The notes under the pieces: generated by a model
Told to the model about the DNA's origin: nothing
The model's input: only the letters and a program-made list of their open reading frames with translations
Database searches by the model: none
Translations under genes and position numbers: made by a program
NCBI GenBank assembly: GCA_022821775.1
Contig: JAJECY010000107.1
Location: 861-64,860, forward strand
DNA length: 64,000 bases
Direction of reading: 5' to 3'
Source: Acidobacteriota bacterium
GTDB taxonomy: Bacteria > Acidobacteriota > Terriglobia > Versatilivoradales > Versatilivoraceae
Shown: positions 9,273-18,431 of the stretch, one piece after another
Position numbering within the stretch: position 1 is the stretch's first letter
Layout of the letters: each line of letters opens with the position of its first letter

Positions 9273-10583
9273 TCAGGAATCGGAGGCGATGCAGTAGAGA
9301 GACTTTCGGCCCCGCAGGTAGAGCTCCTTGTCGGCGACGGCAGGCGAGGCGTCGAATCCGTCCTCCAGGGTATTCCTGGCCAGCACCTCGAATTCGGACC
9401 CTTTCCGGATCACTATGGTGGTTCCGTTCTGAGAAGGCAGGTAGACGCGGTCTCCGGCCCCTACCGGAGAGGCGTAGACGCCCTCGATTCCCTCCAGACG
9501 GAGGGGGCCGTAATGAGTCTCACCGGTCTTGGCGTTGAGGCAGGAGAGGATGCCGTTGTTGCCCTTGACGAAGTAGAGATGGTCCCCATAGAGCAGCGGG
9601 GAGGGGACATAGGGAGTGTCGCGGTCCAGTTCCCAGGCGATCGCCTCCGAGCCGGTGATGTCTCCTTGAGCAGCGCCGATGCGAATGGCCTGCAGCACGT
9701 TTCCTCTGAATCCGCTGGTGACGTAGACGATGTCCTCCGAGGCCACCGGCGAGGGAATGGCGTTCAAGGTCACGCCGCTACCGTCCCAGAGCAGGTCTCC
9801 GGTCTCCAGGTCGTAGCTGCGCACCCGGTTGGTGGCGCTGGTGACCACCTGTTTCCGGCCGCCGTGCTCGACCACGATGGGGCTCGACCAGGAAGTCTCC
9901 TCGTCCCGGGGGACTCTCCACAATTCGTCTCCCGTGCGCTTGTCCAGGGCGACGATAAAGGAGTCTCCCTGGTGGTCCCAGATAATGACGAGCTTGTCTC
10001 CGTAGAGCAGCGGCGAACTGCCTTCCCCGAATTTCAACCGCACCGTCATGTCGCCCAGGTCCTTCTCCCATACCGGATTTCCCTTCATGTCCAGACAGTA
10101 GAGACCGAAGGAGCCAAAATAGGCGTAGACGTGCTCGCCGTCGGTGACTGGCGAGGCGGAAGCCCAGGTGTTGGCGCCGTGGGTTCCCTCGTGTGGGCCC
10201 TGTTCCCGGGTGGTCCGCTGCCAAAGGACCTTCCCCGTCTTGCGGTCCAGCGCCATCAGCTCGAACTTCAGGACCTGAGCCGGTTTGACCTGTCCCTCCC
10301 CCTCCACCGGATTCGGCCTGTCGGTGGGAACGGCCGTAGCCACGAATACCGTTTGTTCCCAAATGATCGGGGAGGCGTGGCCCTTGCCCGGAATGGCCAC
10401 CTTCCAGCGAATGTTGCGGTCCTCCGACCACTCCACCGGCGGGTCGCCGTCGGGAGAGACTCCGGTGGCGTCGGGGCCCCTCCACTGGGACCAATTGGTG
10501 CGGCTGTCCGCCGGGGTCGGGGTCATTCCCAGCCACAACCCGACCGCAACGGCTACAACGACAATTCCGGCGATCCATTTCAT
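9273..10583 (-). CDS. secreted PQQ-repeat beta-propeller protein (BamB-like fold)
   Basis: Signal peptide MKWIAGIVVVAVAVGLWLG. Repeated ...G.LLW... and ...VYV.. blades typical of PQQ-like propellers. Confidence 0.6.
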   Translation of the reverse strand: MKWIAGIVVVAVAVGLWLGMTPTPADSRTNWSQWRGPDATGVSPDGDPPVEWSEDRNIRWKVAIPGKGHASPIIWEQTVFVATAVPTDRPNPVEGEGQVKPAQVLKFELMALDRKTGKVLWQRTTREQGPHEGTHGANTWASASPVTDGEHVYAYFGSFGLYCLDMKGNPVWEKDLGDMTVRLKFGEGSSPLLYGDKLVIIWDHQGDSFIVALDKRTGDELWRVPRDEETSWSSPIVVEHGGRKQVVTSATNRVRSYDLETGDLLWDGSGVTLNAIPSPVASEDIVYVTSGFRGNVLQAIRIGAAQGDITGSEAIAWELDRDTPYVPSPLLYGDHLYFVKGNNGILSCLNAKTGETHYGPLRLEGIEGVYASPVGAGDRVYLPSQNGTTIVIRKGSEFEVLARNTLEDGFDASPAVADKELYLRGRKSLYCIASDS

Positions 10584-10850
10584 CGGGCTTCCTCCTCTGA
10601 TAGTTCGTCGTTCCGCTGTTTTGCAACTCGCTGGTGCGGCGTTCAGTATACACTCGCAAACCCTACCCGGAGGTGGCCTAAATCAGGAGAATCGGCATCA
10701 TTCCACGGGAAAAAGCGCTTCCTTGGCGGTATCCCGTCCCGGCTCTCCAGGAAACCGGGTCCCACTGCGACCGGACTCGATCCGGTCCTTTACATTCCTG
10801 TCGCTCCGGCGTTACATTAGGGCCACTTGGAACGATGAGGGAGTTCAATC

Positions 10851-11942
10851 ATGCGCTTTTTTCTTCTGCTGCTGAGTTGGGCAGTGCTCTCCTCCGGCAT
10901 GCTGGCCGAAGACGCCGCGACCTTTACACCCCGCTCGCTAGCCGTTCGGTCCGACGGAACGCTGATCATCAGCGACGACGTCAGTTACCGGATCCTGGGC
11001 TTGGAACCGACCGGAGTCCTGTCGGTCCAGTTGGAACGGGGAACCGTCGATCCGGAGTCGGGCCGAAAGGTGGATCTGGGACGGCCGGTCGGCATCGCCC
11101 TGGATGGAGCGGACAATCTCTACCTGACCGACCGGAACACCCACCGGATCTTTCGCATCGACCGCCAGAGCGGTGCGGTGACCACCGTGGCCGGCAACCG
11201 GGAGTTCGGCTATCGCTATGACGATGTGGCCGCCACCGATGCCAGCCTGTCCACCCCCGTGGGCGCGGCGCTGGATCGAGAGGGCAACCTGTATTTCGTC
11301 GAACAGAGCAGCCGGCGAGTCCGCCGGGTGGATGCCAAGACCGGCCGGATAGCCACCGTGGCCGGCAGCGGCAGAACGGGATTCAGCGGTGACGGCGGCC
11401 CGGCCACCGAGGCGGCTTTCGAAGTGCCCTTCGACGTGGCGGTGGATCGCCGCGGCAACCTGTTCATCGCCGATACCGGCAACCACCGCATCCGCAGAGT
11501 GGATGCCGGGACCGGGCTGATTTCGACTTACGCGGGTGACGGGAAAGGCCGGTTCGGCGGCGACGGGGGGGCGGCGGCAAAGGCCAGCCTGTATGATCCC
11601 TTTTCGGTGGCCCTGGACCGGTCGGGGAACCTCTATATTGCCGATCGCGGCAACCATCGAATCCGTCGGGTGGGCGCCAGAAATCGCGTCATTACCACCG
11701 TTGCGGGCAATGGCCAAAGGGGCTTCAGCGGCGATGGCGGCCCGGCCGGAAAAGCCAGCCTGGCCGATCCCTTCGACGTGACGGTGGATCGCCGCGGCAA
11801 CCTCTATATCGCCGATACCGGAAACAAGAGAGTGCGGCGAGTCAACGCCATGACCAAGAGAATAGAGACCCTGCCGGTCAAGGCGCCCTCGAAGGAGAAA
11901 GAGCCGGCCTCGGAGGAGAAAAAAGAGAGCCAGTCCTCCTGA
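10851..11942 (+). CDS. secreted NHL-repeat beta-propeller protein
   Basis: Signal peptide. Five or more NHL repeats (GNLY(I/F)ADTGNHRIRRVD, GDGGPA...) and a C-terminal acidic/lysine-rich tail. Confidence 0.75.
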   Translation: MRFFLLLLSWAVLSSGMLAEDAATFTPRSLAVRSDGTLIISDDVSYRILGLEPTGVLSVQLERGTVDPESGRKVDLGRPVGIALDGADNLYLTDRNTHRIFRIDRQSGAVTTVAGNREFGYRYDDVAATDASLSTPVGAALDREGNLYFVEQSSRRVRRVDAKTGRIATVAGSGRTGFSGDGGPATEAAFEVPFDVAVDRRGNLFIADTGNHRIRRVDAGTGLISTYAGDGKGRFGGDGGAAAKASLYDPFSVALDRSGNLYIADRGNHRIRRVGARNRVITTVAGNGQRGFSGDGGPAGKASLADPFDVTVDRRGNLYIADTGNKRVRRVNAMTKRIETLPVKAPSKEKEPASEEKKESQSS

Positions 11943-11978
11943 AGTTCCGCTCGCGATTGGGGGAGCGCAAGATTAGCC

Positions 11979-12374
11979 ATGCTGCCCGCCGAGACCACCC
12001 ACTCCACCCTCATCGGGTACCTGCTTTGGATCTTCGGCTTCACGGGTTCCCATCGCTTTTACTTCGGCAAACCCGTTTCCGGAACCGTCTATTTCTTCAC
12101 CTTGGGCCTGCTTGGAATTGGCTGGCTCATTGATCTGTTTTTGATCCCCGGCATGCGCCGCCAAGCCGATTTCCGGTTCCAACGCGGCCCGATCGACTAC
12201 ACCGTTGCCTGGATCCTACTGACCTTCCTGGGACTCCTCGGTGTTCATCGCATGTATCTGGGCAAATGGATGACCGGCATCCTCTATCTGCTCACCTGTG
12301 GACTTCTGGGGCTTGGATACCTTTACGACTACTGGACCCTGAACGAACAGGTGACGCTTGTCAATGCGGGTTAA
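11979..12374 (+). CDS. TM2-domain membrane protein (two TM2 repeats)
   Basis: Two hydrophobic hairpins carrying the GxHRFYxGK and GVHRMYLGK TM2 signatures. Confidence 0.7.
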   Translation: MLPAETTHSTLIGYLLWIFGFTGSHRFYFGKPVSGTVYFFTLGLLGIGWLIDLFLIPGMRRQADFRFQRGPIDYTVAWILLTFLGLLGVHRMYLGKWMTGILYLLTCGLLGLGYLYDYWTLNEQVTLVNAG

Positions 12375-13522
12375 GGCCGCTTGACGACCCGGCCGGCACG
12401 GATCACGCCGCGAGGAACCAGCTTCCAGCGTCCGGTCCGGGTTTCCCCGGCGACATCGGCAAACTCGAACCTGCCCTCCGCCAACTCGAACAGGGCCAGG
12501 TCGGCCTCGGCTCCGGTTTTCAGGGTTCCCAGGCGGCCCTGCATCCCCACCACCTCCGCCGGAGCTGCCGTAACCATCCTCAAGGCTTCATCCAGGGAGA
12601 TTCCCAGCAGCAGGAACTTGGAAACGGTGGTGGCCAGATCGTAGACCGGCCCCTCGAGGTTGTAGCTGTGGAGGTCGCTGCTGATCGTGCCGGGCAACAC
12701 GCCCTGGCGCATGGCCTGCTCGGCAACCGGGAAGCGGAAGCTGCCCTTTCCGTGGCCGACGTCCAGGCGCACGCCCCTGCGGACGGCTTGGCGAACCTCG
12801 GACAGGACCCGGCCGCGCTCGTCCAGGATGCCGGCGGCATGGCCGTGAAAGCAGTGAGTCATCAGGTCTCCGCTGCGCATCTCGGCCAGAATTCGGGGCA
12901 GGGGCAGGGAAGACCCGGGGGTATGGATCATCATAGGCAGCCGGGCCGCTTCGGCCGCTTCGCGGGCCAGCTTCAGGGCGGGAAGTTCATTGCGGCCGTC
13001 GGCGGCCAGGTTGGCGCTGAGGCGTATCTTGATTCCCAGGATCACGTCCCGATTGGCTTCGACAGTCTGCAGCGCGGCGCTGACGCTGCAGTGACGGAGA
13101 TCCTCCAGTTCGCCCAGGGCGGGATCGGTCTCGACGCCGGTGACCATGCCCACCGAGGAGATATTGAGCAAGGCAAAGAGCCGGGTGGCGCTGACTTCGA
13201 TGACGTAGCGTCGGAAGCCCTCCCAGGTGGCCGCCCCTGCCGAGCCGGCATCCACTGCCGTCGTCACGCCCCGTTCCAGGCAATTGGGATCGGGGTCGAT
13301 CCCGTAGTGGGAGACTCCGGAATAGACGTGCACGTGGCAGTCGATGAGGCCGGGAGTCACCAGGAGTCCCCGAGCATCGACGGTGTCGCTGGCTTCCAGC
13401 GGGTCCAGATTTTTCCCCAGCGCAACAATCGTGCCGCCCCGCAGGCCGACGTCCCGTGGATCGTCCAAGCCTTGGGAAGGATCGACCACCCTGCCATTGC
13501 GGACCAGAAGGTCATATTTCAT
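12371..13522 (-). CDS. amidohydrolase-superfamily protein (dihydroorotase/deacylase-like)
   Basis: Start MKYDLLVRNGRVVD. Metal-binding HVH (LIDCHVHVY) and further downstream His and Asp ligands. The ORF-track start at 13591 is an upstream extension. Confidence 0.75.
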   Translation of the reverse strand: MKYDLLVRNGRVVDPSQGLDDPRDVGLRGGTIVALGKNLDPLEASDTVDARGLLVTPGLIDCHVHVYSGVSHYGIDPDPNCLERGVTTAVDAGSAGAATWEGFRRYVIEVSATRLFALLNISSVGMVTGVETDPALGELEDLRHCSVSAALQTVEANRDVILGIKIRLSANLAADGRNELPALKLAREAAEAARLPMMIHTPGSSLPLPRILAEMRSGDLMTHCFHGHAAGILDERGRVLSEVRQAVRRGVRLDVGHGKGSFRFPVAEQAMRQGVLPGTISSDLHSYNLEGPVYDLATTVSKFLLLGISLDEALRMVTAAPAEVVGMQGRLGTLKTGAEADLALFELAEGRFEFADVAGETRTGRWKLVPRGVIRAGRVVKRP

Positions 13523-13742
13523 GGTTCTTGGTGTTTGCCGTCCTGCAGAGCCGTGTAGCGGCTGCAACCTGCATGGAACCAGGACCGGCAAATGGACTTG
13601 TCAAACGGATTCAAGACATCCATTCTACTCTACCATGCGTGGACATGTGAGCCGTTCCCGTATTCCAGACCAGCGGGGCGGCTGGTGCGGGGTAAGGCCG
13701 TTGGAGATCAGGGCCGCGGCAAGGCTTCGGGGGGCGAACTGT

Positions 13743-13915
13743 CTGAAACAACCCGGTTTCGCGCTGCATGTGACCGAGTAAAAAGAGCTATCCACGAAGA
13801 CACACGAAGGACGACCAAGACACACGAAGCGAGACGCCGAGGGGAGCCGGCACCCTTCCGTGCTCCCGATACGCCATCCGGGTCCCCTGTTTCCCCCTCG
13901 AATGATCCGCCCGTC
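13743..13915 (-). repeat. inverted full copy of the ~180-bp intergenic repeat family
   Basis: Reverse complement aligns at ~90% identity to 4372-4545, including the CACGAAG array, GCATGCAGCGCGA and GGGCGGATCAT blocks. Confidence 0.65.
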
Positions 13916-14007
13916 GGGGGGGCGGGGGCGCGGCTTGCCTGAAACCAGTGGAGGGGGTTATCCAACAAAGACAACCACGAAGGACCGATATGAGGTATCC
14001 ACAAAAG

Positions 14008-14226
14008 GAAAACGACGGACCACGAATGGACAGGAATGAACACCAATAGACTGATTGATGAGGTGTTGATTGGAGGATGTGACAACCGAAATCGAGGATT
14101 TATTAACGAAGGACACGCAGTCATACCAGGGTAAGAAAGTTGCGGAATCATATGGGTATTGCTTGTTATTGAATGAGTTTATCTGCATTTGTGTCTATTC
14201 GTGTTCATTCGTGGTTCGTCGTTTTT
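14008..14226. repeat. MITE-like unit: ~40-bp terminal inverted repeats (AAAACGACGRACCACGAATGGACA(C/G)GAATGAACAC) flanking a ~140-bp AT-rich core
   Basis: Left arm 14008-14050 and right arm 14193-14226 are reverse complements. The core 14051-14192 is markedly AT-rich versus the surroundings. No ORF. Solo arms occur at 18452-18490 and 23931-23985. Confidence 0.4.
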
Positions 14227-14349
14227 GGAGATTGGCCGATTTCAAACGAATGATACGCACTGCAGGGCTGGGGGTCGGCTTGTCTGACGCGGCCCTGTTT
14301 CACGCCGTATGATCCGCAAAACGGGGACCGGACTTGCCGGGAGGCGCTT

Positions 14350-16473
14350 ATGACTCCTATCGATGCTCTTCGGAAGCTGCTGCCGGGACGTATCGTCACG
14401 GTAGCGGGAGTCGGCTACCAAGAGGGCGTTCCCGCCCGGGACGCCGACGCCGGCTGGCCCATGGGGGTGGTGCGCCGCGGGGACGGGCAGCTCATCGTAG
14501 TGGACTATTGGGCCCATCGGCTCTGGAGGGTCGATCGCCAGGGCATTCTGCACCGGTTCGCCGGGGACGGGGTAGCCGGCAACCAGGGTGACGGGGGTCC
14601 GGCCCTGGAGGCGCGGATGTGCCACCCTCACGATCTGTGCCTGGACCGGGAAGGGAACCTCTACTTCACCGACCTGGGGAATGTGACCATCCGCCGGATC
14701 GACGCCGGGACCGGAGTCATCACCCGGGTCGCCGGTTCCGGTCGGCGGGGGCGGGGCGGTGACGGCGGCCCGGCGCTGGAGGCCGAGTTCGATTGTCCCT
14801 GCGGCCTGGCGGTCGACGAGCAGGGCCGGGTGTACATCTCCGACGAATGGTCCTGCACGATTCGCCGCGTCGATCCTCAAAGCGGAACCATCCGGGTCTG
14901 GGCGGGCCGCAGCGCGCGCCACTACCCCTCCGAGCGGGGCGGCAGCCGGCCCTTTTTCGGTCCGGGGCTCAGCCTGATGGGATATCACGGGGATGGAGGG
15001 CCGGCCGACGAGGCAGCCTTCCACCATCCCGAGCACCTGGCGTTCGATTCGAAGGGCGACCTCCATGTTTGCGACAACTCCAACGACCGCATCCGGAAAA
15101 TCAGCCGGAAGACCGGGCTGATCACCACTGTCCTGGGCAACGGGCAGCGGGCTTCCAACGGGGACGGAGGACCGGCCGTGGAAGCCGCCACGCTGATGCC
15201 GGACGCCATCTGCCTGGATGTCCACGACAATCTCTACGTAGGGGAAAAGTATGGGTTTCGGGTGCGGAAAGTGGACGCGGCCACGGGAATTGTCAACACC
15301 CTGGTGGGCACCGGTGTCCCCGGATTCGGACAGGAAGGGATGCACGGTTCGGTGACCGAGTGCAACTCCTGCGAAGCGGCCATTTTCGCCGATCCCGACG
15401 GCACCGTGCACTGGGGAGATTGTTCGGGGCGGTTGAGGCGCTACGACGGGCGGACCGGAATCGTGACGACCGCACTGGGCGGCACCGGCGTGCATGACGG
15501 GGAGGCGGCGACCCGAGCCTTCCTGTGCGGTCCGGGTGGCCTGTCGCTGGGGCCGGACGGGCGCCTCTACGTCGCCGACGTCTGGAGCCAGCGCATTCGC
15601 GCCATCGATCCCGAAACCGGGATTATCCGCACGGTGGCCGGCAACGGCGCCCGGGCTTATGGGGGCGACGGCGGCCCGGCCACGGCGGCCTACCTGGGTA
15701 ATCCCTACGACGTGTCGGTGGACTCGACCGGTCGTATCGTCATCGCGGACCATCGCCACGGGCACGTGCGCCGGGTGGATCCGGATGGAACCATTCGCGG
15801 GGTTGCGGGAGCCGCCTTTCAGTGGGACAAGGGCGACGGCGGCCCGGCCAACTGCGCTTGCCTGGTGGCGCCCACGGCAGTCGCCCACGATTTCGAGGAC
15901 AATATCTATGTCGGGGACGGGGAAGTGGGACGAATCCGCAGGATCGACCGATCCAGCGGAATCATCGACAGCGTGGCCGGATGTGGTCTTCCGGGCTACA
16001 GCGGCGACGGCGGCCCGGCCCGCCGTGCCCGGATCGGCGCTCCCTCGGCCATCCGCTTCGACGCTGCGGGAAACCTCTACTTCACCGACTCGACCTGCCA
16101 CGTCATCCGCAGGGTAGACCGCGAGGGCCGGATAGCCACCGTGGCCGGCAGCGGCGAGGCAGGATACTCACCGGACGGCACACCAGCCTTGCAGGCCCGC
16201 CTCCATGCACCCGGCGGCCTGGCGATCGGCCGCGACGGCGTCCTCTATTTCTCGGACCGCCAAAACCACCGGGTGCGGCGCATCACCCCAAACGGCCTGC
16301 TGGAGACGGTGGCGGGTTGCGGGGAGGGCGGTGACTCCGGGGACGGCGGGCCGGCGACGGCCTCTCGCCTCAACGAGCCGCTGGGACTCTGTCTCCGCGG
16401 AGACGACCTCCTGTTCATCAGCGACCACTACAACAATCGCATCCGAGCCGTGAGGCTTACGGCCGGAGATTGA
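14350..16473 (+). CDS. large NHL-repeat beta-propeller protein (about 12 NHL repeats)
   Basis: GGGAGG Shine-Dalgarno 6 nt upstream. Repeated GDGGPA...A.L..P.G(L/V)A.D..GN(L/I)Y(F/V)(T/S)D....IRR(V/I)D units throughout. Confidence 0.8.
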   Translation: MTPIDALRKLLPGRIVTVAGVGYQEGVPARDADAGWPMGVVRRGDGQLIVVDYWAHRLWRVDRQGILHRFAGDGVAGNQGDGGPALEARMCHPHDLCLDREGNLYFTDLGNVTIRRIDAGTGVITRVAGSGRRGRGGDGGPALEAEFDCPCGLAVDEQGRVYISDEWSCTIRRVDPQSGTIRVWAGRSARHYPSERGGSRPFFGPGLSLMGYHGDGGPADEAAFHHPEHLAFDSKGDLHVCDNSNDRIRKISRKTGLITTVLGNGQRASNGDGGPAVEAATLMPDAICLDVHDNLYVGEKYGFRVRKVDAATGIVNTLVGTGVPGFGQEGMHGSVTECNSCEAAIFADPDGTVHWGDCSGRLRRYDGRTGIVTTALGGTGVHDGEAATRAFLCGPGGLSLGPDGRLYVADVWSQRIRAIDPETGIIRTVAGNGARAYGGDGGPATAAYLGNPYDVSVDSTGRIVIADHRHGHVRRVDPDGTIRGVAGAAFQWDKGDGGPANCACLVAPTAVAHDFEDNIYVGDGEVGRIRRIDRSSGIIDSVAGCGLPGYSGDGGPARRARIGAPSAIRFDAAGNLYFTDSTCHVIRRVDREGRIATVAGSGEAGYSPDGTPALQARLHAPGGLAIGRDGVLYFSDRQNHRVRRITPNGLLETVAGCGEGGDSGDGGPATASRLNEPLGLCLRGDDLLFISDHYNNRIRAVRLTAGD

Positions 16474-18333
16474 TCAGCGATCCCAGGGCATGGCCAGGGT
16501 GGGTTGGTTGGCATAGCGTTGCATGGAAAAGACCAACCGGCTGCCGCAGCCGGGTTCCAGTCGCAACCTGACCGACGGCCCCTCGATGGGGATAGTCTTC
16601 CCGTTCAGGGTCACGCTCTGAAACCTGTGCTCGGCGTAGGCCCCGGCCTGGACGACCAGGTCGCGGGGATGCAAGGGACTGGTGTTCACCAGGGTGAGAG
16701 TAATGCTGTCTCCCGCCAGCTTTTCGACCAGGGCCGCCACGTCCCGGGGCAGGCCGGCTCGCCGGCGCTCCGGGTCGAAGTAGCGGACGCGAGCGTGCAG
16801 GGTCCAGATCCTGCCGGCCAGGTGGCCGCCGAGCATCAGGTTGACCAGGGTGCCGGTTCTGGCCGGATTGAGGTCCAGGAGCCAGTCGGCCAGGCGGGTC
16901 TCGGGCGAGGTCGGGTCCGCTTCGATGCCCTGCATGGTGGCGCGGAGGCTCTCGAAGTCCTTTTGCAGGGCTCTCTCCGGGTATCCCGGGTCGGCTCCCT
17001 CCAGGAAGCCGATCCAACCGGCTTCAGGCAGGCGCTCCAGGTCCTTGCGGTCCATCGACCACAGGTAGATCTCGATCAGGCGGTCGGTGAACAGGTTGGC
17101 TGTCCAGTGGTACCACTCCTCCCGGCCGCTGTACTTGTAGCCGCGAGGGTCCCCGTACATCTGGGGAACCATGAGCCGGCCGTCGACCACCTTCTTCTGA
17201 GCGTAGATGTTGTCCATCTGGCGGCGGAGGGTGTCGATGTAGCCGGCATCGCCGGTCAAGAGGTAGGCGTTGCCGAAACCCGGCCAACTGCCGGCGGAGA
17301 AGGTGTTCCGGTGGGCGATCCGCTCGATTTCCCCGTCGAAGATGGTGAAGTTCCATCCGTAGGTTCCCTTGTACCACTTGCCGCCGTACTCCCCGCCGAT
17401 GGCGCCGTCCAGACCGATATTGGTGGGGATGTTGCCCCCGTTGGCTTCGGTTCTCTCCTTCCAGGCATCCACGTACTCCAGCGCCCACTCCCGGTATTTC
17501 GGCTCCCCGGTGAGCATGTAGGCGTTGAGCGCCAGGTTGGTGGCCGCCAGGTTGAGCGGATGGTCTCCCACGCTGTCGAGGTATTCGTCGCAGTGAGCCA
17601 GCATCTTGGGGTAGACCTCTTCCAGGTCCAGCATCTTGCTGCGGCCGAAGGGGCTGTGAAGGAGGTGAAAACGGCCCGGGACCGGATCTCCCACCCAGTC
17701 ATAGGTGGTGGCCTTGCGCAGCATGGGGCCCTTGCTGCCGTTCCAGATGCTGCGGATGATCCTGTGCTCGGGGTCGTAGTTGGGCGCCTCGGGGTCCTCG
17801 TTCATGTAGAGTCCGGCGAAGCGTTTCATGCGCTCCCGCAGGCGGGGCGAATCCGGTTCGGACAGCCCCTGGAACATGAACCCACGCATCCCTTCCCCGG
17901 TATGGAACCAGTCCGACATGGTGATGAATTCGCGGTGGTAGGCGCCCTCCCGGGCCAGGTCGGTCAGGGTGGTTCGGAGCTGGCCATACTGGTGGAGGTG
18001 CCCCTCCAGCGCCTTCTTGAAGAGCTCCAGAACGGAATCGGATGCCCCCAGCGCATGCAGCAGCGTCCAGTTGTTGAAGGTCTCGATGGCGTCGTCGGGT
18101 CCGTCCAGAGTCCCCCAGCGGGGCGTGTGCAGCAGGTGGCCTCGCTCATCCACATACTTGGCGGCGAAGATCTCGCAGGCTTCCGAGTTGAGGCGCAGCA
18201 GTTCGCGTTCCATCAGCGCCCAGGCCGGTGGAGGCATGGGACGGTCCAGCACCAGGGAACGGTTTTCGGCTGCCATGGGCCTGCAGGCGATCAGCCCCGC
18301 CAGCAGCAGGGGGAAGAAGATTCGTGGAATCAT
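16474..18333 (-). CDS. secreted hypothetical protein (about 620 aa, Trp/Tyr-rich; possible polysaccharide-active fold)
   Basis: Signal peptide MIPRIFFPLLLAGLIACRP. Long ORF with coding-like composition. No motif recognised with confidence. Confidence 0.65.
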   Translation of the reverse strand: MIPRIFFPLLLAGLIACRPMAAENRSLVLDRPMPPPAWALMERELLRLNSEACEIFAAKYVDERGHLLHTPRWGTLDGPDDAIETFNNWTLLHALGASDSVLELFKKALEGHLHQYGQLRTTLTDLAREGAYHREFITMSDWFHTGEGMRGFMFQGLSEPDSPRLRERMKRFAGLYMNEDPEAPNYDPEHRIIRSIWNGSKGPMLRKATTYDWVGDPVPGRFHLLHSPFGRSKMLDLEEVYPKMLAHCDEYLDSVGDHPLNLAATNLALNAYMLTGEPKYREWALEYVDAWKERTEANGGNIPTNIGLDGAIGGEYGGKWYKGTYGWNFTIFDGEIERIAHRNTFSAGSWPGFGNAYLLTGDAGYIDTLRRQMDNIYAQKKVVDGRLMVPQMYGDPRGYKYSGREEWYHWTANLFTDRLIEIYLWSMDRKDLERLPEAGWIGFLEGADPGYPERALQKDFESLRATMQGIEADPTSPETRLADWLLDLNPARTGTLVNLMLGGHLAGRIWTLHARVRYFDPERRRAGLPRDVAALVEKLAGDSITLTLVNTSPLHPRDLVVQAGAYAEHRFQSVTLNGKTIPIEGPSVRLRLEPGCGSRLVFSMQRYANQPTLAMPWDR

Positions 18334-18431
18334 TTTGAGATTGTTGGGGGTGGCGTTCCGCGAAACGCCCGAGCTTGTATTGTCCTATAGAATACGGCCT
18401 TCTGCCAGGACAACTTCTCCGTGAATCTTGA

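Noticed and set aside
14242-16101. 619-aa minus-strand ORF antisense to the large NHL-repeat gene
   Set aside because: It is antisense to a gene with about 12 recognisable NHL repeats. It lacks an RBS and shows low-complexity R/G/P/A-rich composition. The same reasoning applies to other long antisense ORFs (2854-4290, 4927-6183, 16504-18390, 30045-31937, 40326-41363, 45474-46919, 48624-49616).
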